This document shows positions 21,705 through 29,829 of a stretch of 32,071 nucleotides of DNA, piece after piece (position 1 is the first letter of the stretch; the number at the start of each line of letters is the position of its first letter). A program made the position numbers and the translations under genes. Where the stretch lies: the NCBI GenBank assembly GCA_050050355.1, contig JASFUJ010000001.1:1-32071 (forward strand), given 5' to 3'. The DNA is from Acidobacteriota bacterium. Its GTDB lineage: Bacteria; Acidobacteriota; Thermoanaerobaculia; Multivoradales; DATKCC01. The notes beneath the pieces are model-generated. The model had not been told where the DNA came from. It searched no databases and worked only from the letters and a program-made list of their open reading frames with translations.

Positions 21705-22284
21705 AAATGAACAAAATAAAAGAAACTTAACGCCCAGAACACTTGATAAATACAAACGAATCATTGATGAATGGTTTGTAAATAAATTCAACGGCGCGGC
21801 GGCTTACCGTGCCTTTTATCCAAAAATTAAGAAGGAAGAAACGGCGACAGTCAATTTCTCAAAGATTCAGGCGTTGCCAGAAGTAAAAGCTTATATTCTT
21901 GAAAAACATCAAGAAGCGGCGAAGGTTGTCAATATGACACATGAAGGAATTTTGAAAGAACTTCAAAACTGGATTGAAGCCGATATAACAGAAACAATTT
22001 CACTTTCAGCCGAACAAATAAAAGCTTTGCCTGTTGAAGTCCGTCGTTTAATTACAAAATACAAAACAAGATTAAAGCATTTTTACGACAAGGACGGTCA
22101 TTTGCTTAATACTGAAGAAACGATTGAACTTCATTTCGTATCGAAAGAACGTGCAATTGATATGATGAACAAACACTTGGGATTCTACGAAGCTGACAAC
22201 AAACAAAAGGCGACCGAAATCAATATTCACGCCAGTAACGAAAAGCACATGACAATTGTCAGTCAAATATTAAACGGTGAATGA
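21682..22284 (+). CDS. terS: terminase small subunit (Terminase_2 / P27-like)
   Basis: FNGAAAYRAFYPKIKKEETATVNFSKIQALPEVKAYI parallels the G-N-A-T-x-A-A-x-x-A-G-Y-S...A...L HTH block. It lies directly upstream of TerL with an ATGA overlap. The start could be 21667 or 21682. Confidence 0.65.
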   Translation: MSKQNKFKNEQNKRNLTPRTLDKYKRIIDEWFVNKFNGAAAYRAFYPKIKKEETATVNFSKIQALPEVKAYILEKHQEAAKVVNMTHEGILKELQNWIEADITETISLSAEQIKALPVEVRRLITKYKTRLKHFYDKDGHLLNTEETIELHFVSKERAIDMMNKHLGFYEADNKQKATEINIHASNEKHMTIVSQILNGE

Positions 22285-23468
22285 GTTTAGCGGGTCAATA
22301 TAAAACAACGACCGCTTTTGAAAAGATATGTCAACTAAAAAAAGAAGTCAGAATCATTCAAGGCGGAAAAGGTTCTTCAAAAACGGTTTCGATTTTGATG
22401 TTGTTTATCTTGTTGGCTATTTCCAAGCGTCAAAATTTAATTCTTTCCGTCGTTGCTCAAAGCCTGCCGAATTTAAAATCGGGCGCAATTAGGGATTTTG
22501 AAAAGATTCTTAAAAGCTGGGGTTTATATGATAAGTTTCACGTCAATAAATCAGACCACACTTACACGTTCGGTTCGAATGTAATTGAATTCTTTTCCGT
22601 TGACGGCGAAGGGTCAAGGCTTGGTTCGAGAAGAACACACTTGTATATAAATGAAGCCGACTTTATAAAGTTTTCGACTTATATTGAATTATATTCAAGG
22701 ACTTCAGAATTCACAATTCTTGATTACAACCCGCGCCGACGCTTCTGGGTTCACAAAGAACTTATCGGCGAACCTCACGTTGATTATTTAGTTTTAAACT
22801 TCACACATAACGAATTTATTCCTGTTAAAGAAAAAGCTTCGATTCTTTGGTTTAAAAAGAAAGCCGACGAAGGTTCGAAATATTTTCAAAACAAGTGGCG
22901 TGTTCTGGGTCTTGGACTTCTGGGAATAACTGAAGGAATAATTTTCGAAAACTGGAAGGAAGCGAAACAAGTTCCTTCAGGCGCGCGTTATCTTGGGGCG
23001 GCTTTGGACTGGGGTTTTTCTGGCGACCCGACTGGAATTGTCAAGATTTACAAGTTTGATAATAAGATTTACTTGAAAGAATCGCTTTACAAGAAAGGTC
23101 TTTTGAATAGTCAAATTGCAGCCCACATAAAACAAGACAAAGAACTTATTGACGGAATAATAATCGCGGACGCTTCAGAGCCGAAGTCAATTGCGGAATT
23201 AAGAACTTACGGCGTTAAGATTAAGAAGTCAGACGTTAAAGACATTGACTTCGGAATTTCAGTCATGCAAGAATTTGAACTTGTCCTTATTGGTAAAAAT
23301 TTAATTGACGAATTTGAAAATTATTCTTATAAGTTCAATAAGGCGGGTGAACAGTTAGGCGTTCCCGTTGACGACTGGAATCACTTAATCGACCCGTCAA
23401 GATATTTCTTCGCTGAAGTGTTGTCGAAATCTTCTACAACTGGCGGCGACTTAAAATTTGTTAAATAA
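22281..23468 (+). CDS. terL: terminase large subunit (PBSX-type)
   Basis: Walker A is IIQGGKGSSKTVS and Walker B-like is HLYINEADF. Acidic nuclease motifs (GAALDWGF, IIADASEP) are in the C-terminal half. Length is 395 aa. Confidence 0.85.
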   Translation: MSLAGQYKTTTAFEKICQLKKEVRIIQGGKGSSKTVSILMLFILLAISKRQNLILSVVAQSLPNLKSGAIRDFEKILKSWGLYDKFHVNKSDHTYTFGSNVIEFFSVDGEGSRLGSRRTHLYINEADFIKFSTYIELYSRTSEFTILDYNPRRRFWVHKELIGEPHVDYLVLNFTHNEFIPVKEKASILWFKKKADEGSKYFQNKWRVLGLGLLGITEGIIFENWKEAKQVPSGARYLGAALDWGFSGDPTGIVKIYKFDNKIYLKESLYKKGLLNSQIAAHIKQDKELIDGIIIADASEPKSIAELRTYGVKIKKSDVKDIDFGISVMQEFELVLIGKNLIDEFENYSYKFNKAGEQLGVPVDDWNHLIDPSRYFFAEVLSKSSTTGGDLKFVK

Positions 23469-23483
23469 TTGTACTTTTGAATT

Positions 23484-24020
23484 ATGATAATAGATAATTT
23501 TAAACTAATTGAATATTTGAATCAACCGCCTGAAGTGATTGAACAATACTTGATTGCTTTAAGGTATTTGAAACCGAAGGAAACTGAACAACAGCTTTAT
23601 AAAATGAAGTTGAAGGAAGTTGAAGAAATTAAACAGGATATTGATTCGGGCGAAGATAGGGACTTGATTAAAATTGTTGCTTTAGTACAAAATTGTACAC
23701 AAGAAGAAGTTCTTGACTTCAAGATAATAGACTTCTTCGGGCTTTTAAATTCAATACGCGAACAAATAAAGGTTATATTGACAGCCGAAGAAAACGCTTT
23801 CACGCCTTCAAAATTAAATGTTAAATGGGAAATGGTTAACGGGGCTGAAAGAATGTCAAAGTTTGGTATTTACAACACGCTTGAAAGCCTTTCGAACGGG
23901 GACGCAACGAAATACGAATATTTTATGAACATGGAATATTCAGAAGTATTCACAATTCTATTAATGAGAAAGACCGCTTCTGATATAAGTCAGGAAATGA
24001 ACGAAATTAAAACGAAATAA
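23484..24020 (+). CDS. hypothetical virion-module protein
   Basis: 178-aa ORF after TerL. I recognised no motif. Confidence 0.7.
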   Translation: MIIDNFKLIEYLNQPPEVIEQYLIALRYLKPKETEQQLYKMKLKEVEEIKQDIDSGEDRDLIKIVALVQNCTQEEVLDFKIIDFFGLLNSIREQIKVILTAEENAFTPSKLNVKWEMVNGAERMSKFGIYNTLESLSNGDATKYEYFMNMEYSEVFTILLMRKTASDISQEMNEIKTK

Positions 24021-24022
24021 TT

Positions 24023-24436
24023 ATGTATGAAATATTAAAAGCTTTGGCAACGTCAAACGGCTGGGTCTTCGAATACGGACGACACGACTTTCAAAATCTT
24101 TTTAAAGCCGCTGAACAAAAAAATGTTTCTCATATATTTTTAGACCCTGTAAAAATCAGGGATATTGACAACGATTCGGGAATTACTGAAAAGAAAGTTT
24201 ATTCGGGTTCATTTATGATTCTTTTTTCTTCAGACATTGACGAACAGGATTACGATACGAGGTATCAGAATTATATTAAGCCGATTGTTTCGGGCGACCT
24301 TAAAACGATTAAAGACGAAATTCGTTGCGGTTACGACGTTGTGTTTGATTTATGGGAAACAACAGAAGTCGTAAATATATTCGATTACAATTTCGACGGT
24401 CTTATTTGTACTTATCAATTGACAATTGACGAATGA
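24023..24436 (+). CDS. hypothetical virion-module protein
   Basis: 137-aa ORF with a 2-nt gap upstream and a 4-nt overlap downstream. Confidence 0.7.
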   Translation: MYEILKALATSNGWVFEYGRHDFQNLFKAAEQKNVSHIFLDPVKIRDIDNDSGITEKKVYSGSFMILFSSDIDEQDYDTRYQNYIKPIVSGDLKTIKDEIRCGYDVVFDLWETTEVVNIFDYNFDGLICTYQLTIDE

Positions 24437-24906
24437 CAGACCAAGAAGTAATAAAAGAAGAAATTGACGCTATATTAAGCGACATTTTGACGGTTTACGA
24501 ACAGTCTGGAAGGAAAGCTTCAGGGCAATTCGCCGAAGGTCTTGAAGCGATTTATTCGCCTTATCAGGCGACAATTCGCGGTTATGTTTATTTAGCTGGT
24601 CGCGGAAAAACGAAGAAGAAAGGAAAGGCGGGCGAACCGACACTTCAGCAATCAATTTTAAAATGGTTGCAAGTAAAAGGAATCAAGGCAATTGAAAGAA
24701 ATATAAGTCAAAAAAGTCTTGCATTTTTAATTGCTAGAAAAATACATGAAGAAGGAACGAACCCTTCTGAATGGTTAAGAATTTACGAACAAGTGATTAC
24801 GCCTGAAAGAATTGACAGAATTATTGATAGGGTTTCACAATTGAACGTGAATAGGATTATAACACAAATTAACGCCGAACTTGAAATTCTGGCTAAAAAC
24901 GTTTAG
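24433..24906 (+). CDS. hypothetical virion-module protein
   Basis: 157-aa ORF in operon packing. Confidence 0.7.
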   Translation: MTDQEVIKEEIDAILSDILTVYEQSGRKASGQFAEGLEAIYSPYQATIRGYVYLAGRGKTKKKGKAGEPTLQQSILKWLQVKGIKAIERNISQKSLAFLIARKIHEEGTNPSEWLRIYEQVITPERIDRIIDRVSQLNVNRIITQINAELEILAKNV

Positions 24907-24909
24907 ATT

Positions 24910-26463
24910 ATGGCTATTACATTAACAAAAGAACCTTACGGGATTTATCCAGCTTATAACGATTCATTTATTGAATTTACGTCGGATTTGCCAGACAATT
25001 ACAAAGCTGAAATAACTGTTTACCCAGTTGAAAAATTCCCGCGCGTATTCGTTATTTATCCAGACGAAAACGGCGTTTATTTATTCAATCTTAAAGAATC
25101 AGTAAAGGCAATATTCAACGAAAGCGGATTTGAAGACGACAATTATTTTACAGATTCGTATTATAAAACAATAGCGGGTTTATATCTTGAACAAAGTATT
25201 CAAGTTAAAGTCATTGGCGTTTCTGGGTCTGTTGAAGATGTTATTCCAGCGGGTTCAGAATTGGACGAAAACACGACAACAAACGGGACAATTGCGGGAA
25301 TATGGCAAATAAGATACCCGAATGCAAATAATTACATTGAAAAGTTAACTGACGAAGCTGAAGACTATTTCAAAATATCAATTAACCAAGACGGAGGAAC
25401 AAACCCTTCTTTATGGTCGATAAATGACTTTGACCCAGAATTAAGAGGGCGAAATATTAATCTTCGCGTATGGATTAAAGGCGACGCTTCTGGTGCTGTT
25501 AGATTAAATACAGACGGGAACAAAATTGTTTTGAATTTTACCGATACATGGCAGCAAATAAACACAGCGGTTGTTTTTGGTTCTTCATTTGGGGATATGC
25601 GTTTTCAATTTTACCTTCAGTCAACAAGTACGGTGTTTTATTTAAAGCAAATAGAACTTATTCAAAGCCTTGAAAATGAATTTGTAACAAAGGTTTACGA
25701 CTTCTTCAAGGCTGTTAAACAGATTGGCGAACCTATTCACGAAAACAATTATCAATTATTGTCATATTCGCCAGACGGAATAAATCACGACTTGACTTAT
25801 TTCGAAGGTTTTCCGTTTCATTTTGATATTCAGCAAATCGAAAGCGGAAAAACTGTAAAGGTAAAGAACTTTAATACTGGGAATGAATCTGAAGGAATGG
25901 TTTCAACAGGAAAGGAAGCTTTCAGAATTAACATTGACAGGGGCGGTCGTAATAATTGGACGTTTGACAATTTCCTTCCTTTAATTGTAGGATTGAACAG
26001 GCTGGGAATTTACGAAGGTTCAACTTTTAAGGCGAATGTTTTCTTGCGCAAAAAGAAAAATTGTTCAGGAATTTATTTAAAATGGTTTAACAGGAACGGC
26101 GGCTTCAGTCATTACTTGTTTGACGAATATTATATCAGACAATTAAAAGGTTCTGACATTGGAAAAGTAACGAACAATGAATTTAAAAACATTGGAGAAT
26201 CAACAAGTAATTATAAAAGCATTGGAAAGACGGCGGCGGGAACTGTAAACGTTAAAACAAAATATGAATCTTATGACTATGAACTTTTAAAAGACATTTT
26301 TGTCAGCCCTTTGGTTCAAATGTTTACGGCAACTGAAGCTTATGTTGAAGGTCGATTCATTGACGTTTTTGTTGACGGTGTAATTTCATTTAGTAATAAA
26401 AAGTCAAAAAATGAAATAGCGTTGACAATTGATTTGCCAGAAGTACAAACCGCAAAACTTTAA
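24910..26463 (+). CDS. distal tail / baseplate-type protein with an inserted CBM-like module (candidate)
   Basis: 517 aa. It lies directly upstream of the 1115-aa tail protein. The middle segment from IWQIRYPN to MRFQFYLQSTSTVFYLKQIELIQ has the same W...F..K.... end pattern as the fibre modules. Confidence 0.5.
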   Translation: MAITLTKEPYGIYPAYNDSFIEFTSDLPDNYKAEITVYPVEKFPRVFVIYPDENGVYLFNLKESVKAIFNESGFEDDNYFTDSYYKTIAGLYLEQSIQVKVIGVSGSVEDVIPAGSELDENTTTNGTIAGIWQIRYPNANNYIEKLTDEAEDYFKISINQDGGTNPSLWSINDFDPELRGRNINLRVWIKGDASGAVRLNTDGNKIVLNFTDTWQQINTAVVFGSSFGDMRFQFYLQSTSTVFYLKQIELIQSLENEFVTKVYDFFKAVKQIGEPIHENNYQLLSYSPDGINHDLTYFEGFPFHFDIQQIESGKTVKVKNFNTGNESEGMVSTGKEAFRINIDRGGRNNWTFDNFLPLIVGLNRLGIYEGSTFKANVFLRKKKNCSGIYLKWFNRNGGFSHYLFDEYYIRQLKGSDIGKVTNNEFKNIGESTSNYKSIGKTAAGTVNVKTKYESYDYELLKDIFVSPLVQMFTATEAYVEGRFIDVFVDGVISFSNKKSKNEIALTIDLPEVQTAKL

Positions 26464-26466
26464 GAA

Positions 26467-29400
26467 ATGGCTGAAAGTTTATTTTTAAACAAAACGAAAA
26501 TTGATATTTACGACAAGCCAATAACGCGGCGAATTCAAATCGGCGAAGTTACAAGCATGACGGAAAGAAAGTCTTCATTTTCATACACGATTAAGATTCC
26601 GAAAACTTCAAGAAACAAAGCTTTTTTTGAAATGCTTGGAACGATGGGGAATACAAGTCGCAAGCCTTACGAAGAAGTTCTTGCAGACTATGTTGTTGAC
26701 GGTGTTTATCTTGTTTCGAATGGTTATGCAATTATAAGGGAATCTTCAGGAGAAGACTATCAAATAAATTTAATTGACGGAATCAGAAGCCTTTCAGAAT
26801 TATTAAAAGACAAGAAGCTTTCAGATTTGCCGCTTGAAGATTTAAACCATATTTTAACAACACAAAATTACATTGACAGTTATTCAAATAAGGAAGGGTT
26901 TATTTATGCGATTGCGGACTTCGGGCGCGGCGTTTCTTCAGCGATTAAAGTTGAAAAACAAGCCCCGTCAATATTTACACATACTTTGTTCAGAAGGATA
27001 TTTGAAGCGAACGGACTAACGTTGCAAGGTGAATTCTTTACAACAAATGAAAAGTATTTAAATGAAGTTTTGACGCCTTCACGCGGTTATACTTTAGAAT
27101 ATTCGTCAGTAATATCAGAAGACAAAGGCGGAACGACTTCGAACACGGTTTCAGAATATGAAACTTCAAACGAATATTTGACACAAACTGAAAAAATTAC
27201 ATTAGTTAACAACAGTCTTGTCGGTGCTTCAATATCAGACGGCGAAATATTGTTTTCTGTCGCTGGAACTTATAGGCTTGACATTGCTGTTGATTACAAT
27301 CTTTATGAAACATACGCTTCGATTATAGTTAAAAAAAATGGTTCAGCTATAAGTTACATAAGCTTATTAACGGACGAATATTCAAAAACAAAAAAGATTG
27401 TGTTTTCGGTTAGTGCTGGCGACAAAATTTCGGTTTATATCACTGCAAGTTCTTACTATGATTACTATTATCAACAAGAAGGCGGCTATCAATATTATAC
27501 TTTGAATTATAGTGCAAGTATTATTTCGACTTTATATTTGCAAACAGGCGGTCAGGTAATTAGCCCGATTGACTATATCGGTGAAATGAATCAACTTGAC
27601 TTTCTGAAGGACGTTATCAACAGATATGGTCTTGTTTTGCATCCAGTGCAAAATACAAATGAGTTTAAATTTAAACGAATTGAAGCCTTGCTTTCTGATA
27701 GGGCAACGGCTGAAGATTGGTCTTCAAAATTAGTTTCGATTGATTCTGAAGATTATGTTTCGGGATATGCGAAAACAAACAAGGCTTCGTTTAAATACGA
27801 CGAATCAATTGTTGTTCCGACGAATGACGGTGAATTATTAATTGATAATGTAAACGCTGAAAGTGAAAAGACAATGTTTACAAGTCCTTTTGAAATTCCA
27901 GCGAAAGGAACGTCTTTATCTGGTAATTCAGTTTATAAAGTTCCTATCTGGGGCGAAGAAACGCAAACAGAAACGGAAGTTGAAACGCAATTGACTGAAG
28001 ACGGAATTGGAAAGCCAGCAATTTTAAAAACAGACGGTACCATTGAAATTGTGAACCTTGTTCCTTCGGATTCAAGATTTGATTCAAGCACGGTAATTGA
28101 CGGAACGGACATCGGTGTATTTTCTTTTAATTTAGGCGAGGCAAATGTAAATTCAATAGTTATTCAAGAAGGCGGAATAAAAATTGATATTACTGGAACT
28201 GGCGGGAATGTCATGTTTTCGGACACTTCAATAATTTCAGGAATTACAGTCGGGAACGACGTTCATACGAAGTTCAAAATTAAATGGCTTACAGGTTCGG
28301 CAACGATGTACTACGCTGTTACAACTTCAACTTCTGGGGCTTTATCAATAACACCTTCGACCGAATGGCAAGAAATAGACGTGAAGCTTCCAAAAGGTTC
28401 GGCTTATCCGAATAGGGTTGCGTTTTTCTGGGCTGGCGTTTCTGGTCAACAAACTGTTATCATAAAAGATTTGATAATTGACGACACGGAAATTGAAGAC
28501 AGAATCGAATATAAATTTTTAAATATAGATTTAGAAAATAAAACCTTTAAGGCTTCAGGACGCGTCAGAACTTCAGACAATGCTTTTGTTTGCTTTTATG
28601 ATTCTGACGACAACTTTATTTCATATCAGGGCAAAGGGTCAGGGTCAAATTTTGATTACACAAAAACAACGCTTTACCCGCCGTCAAATACAAGAACGAT
28701 AAGAATTTCGGGTTCGATTGACGTTGAACCAGAATTGTACTATTATGAAGATATACAATACACAACGGCGGTCAATGAAGAAACGGCTTTAAAAGTAATG
28801 TATATTGAAAGACACAACCTTTCAATTAATGCGAAGTTATTCGACGAATCAACAGGCGTTTCGGCAAGTGAAGACATTCCTTTTCTTGGTATTGAATTTA
28901 TGACAATGCAATATTTTTTGAATGTGTTTTATAGTGCCTTTCAGAATTTAATTGAAAACTACAAGAAAATGACATTCACAATCAATTTATCTGTTATTGA
29001 CATTTTTAATATTGATTTCTTTAAGCTTAAATTCCTGAAGCAAACAGGTCGTTTTTATTATCTTAACGCAATACAGAACACGCAAGGGAAACCGTCAAAA
29101 GTTGAAATGATTGAAATAAAAGAATTTCCTTCAAACAAGCCGCCGACGCAAATCGGAAACTTTTCTTTTAATATGCAAAGACTTGCAACGCGGACAATTA
29201 CCTTGAATAATTTAAAAACAGGTTATGAAGACCCAGAACTTGACGAACCTTTAAAAATCAAGATAATTGACGGATTCAATTCAAATGTATTATTGAAACA
29301 AGACGGCGTAACAATTACCGAAGAAACTGAAATATTAGCTTCTGAATTAGCGTTGACGGCTGTTGAAGTTCTTGGGGGTGTTGACGACTATGTTGAACAA

Positions 29401-29814
29401 TGGTCTTTTACAATTGCTGACAAAGGAAGCGGGACTTATCCCGAATTAACTGGAATATTAACCGCGAATGTTCTTGAATATACTAATTACGCGCCAAATG
29501 CTAACGCGGGCGAAGACAACACAGTATATTTGACGCCGCCTGAAGTTTATTCAGCCCCGTCTTATATTCAACTGAACGGTTCGGCTTCAAATGACAGTAC
29601 GGGCGAAATAGTTTCTTATGCTTGGGAAATATTATCGAAGCCAACGAATTCAGACGCGACACTTTCAAGCGAAAGCGGAACGATTGTAAGTTTGATTGTA
29701 ACAAACGACGAAGAAAACGTCGGCGTTTATGAATGTCAATTGACCGTAACTGACGAATTCGGATTGACTGACACAGACACGGTCAAAATAACTTGTTTAA
29801 TTAATTATGAATAA
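26467..29814 (+). CDS. large tail-tip / receptor-binding protein (CBM-like module + C-terminal PKD/Ig-like domain)
   Basis: 1115 aa. The shared module is at 28060-28494. The C-terminal NAGEDNTVYL...LNGSASNDSTGEIVSYAWEI...LTVTDEFGLTDTDTVKI follows the PKD-domain pattern. Confidence 0.7.
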   Translation: MAESLFLNKTKIDIYDKPITRRIQIGEVTSMTERKSSFSYTIKIPKTSRNKAFFEMLGTMGNTSRKPYEEVLADYVVDGVYLVSNGYAIIRESSGEDYQINLIDGIRSLSELLKDKKLSDLPLEDLNHILTTQNYIDSYSNKEGFIYAIADFGRGVSSAIKVEKQAPSIFTHTLFRRIFEANGLTLQGEFFTTNEKYLNEVLTPSRGYTLEYSSVISEDKGGTTSNTVSEYETSNEYLTQTEKITLVNNSLVGASISDGEILFSVAGTYRLDIAVDYNLYETYASIIVKKNGSAISYISLLTDEYSKTKKIVFSVSAGDKISVYITASSYYDYYYQQEGGYQYYTLNYSASIISTLYLQTGGQVISPIDYIGEMNQLDFLKDVINRYGLVLHPVQNTNEFKFKRIEALLSDRATAEDWSSKLVSIDSEDYVSGYAKTNKASFKYDESIVVPTNDGELLIDNVNAESEKTMFTSPFEIPAKGTSLSGNSVYKVPIWGEETQTETEVETQLTEDGIGKPAILKTDGTIEIVNLVPSDSRFDSSTVIDGTDIGVFSFNLGEANVNSIVIQEGGIKIDITGTGGNVMFSDTSIISGITVGNDVHTKFKIKWLTGSATMYYAVTTSTSGALSITPSTEWQEIDVKLPKGSAYPNRVAFFWAGVSGQQTVIIKDLIIDDTEIEDRIEYKFLNIDLENKTFKASGRVRTSDNAFVCFYDSDDNFISYQGKGSGSNFDYTKTTLYPPSNTRTIRISGSIDVEPELYYYEDIQYTTAVNEETALKVMYIERHNLSINAKLFDESTGVSASEDIPFLGIEFMTMQYFLNVFYSAFQNLIENYKKMTFTINLSVIDIFNIDFFKLKFLKQTGRFYYLNAIQNTQGKPSKVEMIEIKEFPSNKPPTQIGNFSFNMQRLATRTITLNNLKTGYEDPELDEPLKIKIIDGFNSNVLLKQDGVTITEETEILASELALTAVEVLGGVDDYVEQWSFTIADKGSGTYPELTGILTANVLEYTNYAPNANAGEDNTVYLTPPEVYSAPSYIQLNGSASNDSTGEIVSYAWEILSKPTNSDATLSSESGTIVSLIVTNDEENVGVYECQLTVTDEFGLTDTDTVKITCLINYE
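28060..28494 (+). repeat. 145-aa module shared with the 18758..21211 gene (partner 19793-20227)
   Basis: See the partner feature. By eye the copies are roughly 70 percent identical at nucleotide level, with the same length and the same strand. Confidence 0.9.
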
Positions 29815-29829
29815 TAAAATATTGTAGAT

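Noticed and set aside
19793-28494. I considered a diversity-generating retroelement (template/variable repeat pair) as an explanation for the two copies of the 435-nt module.
   Set aside because: No ORF in the window looks like a reverse transcriptase. The copies are only about 70 percent identical at nucleotide level. The differences involve all base types and both copies are coding, which is not the adenine-specific pattern of a DGR.
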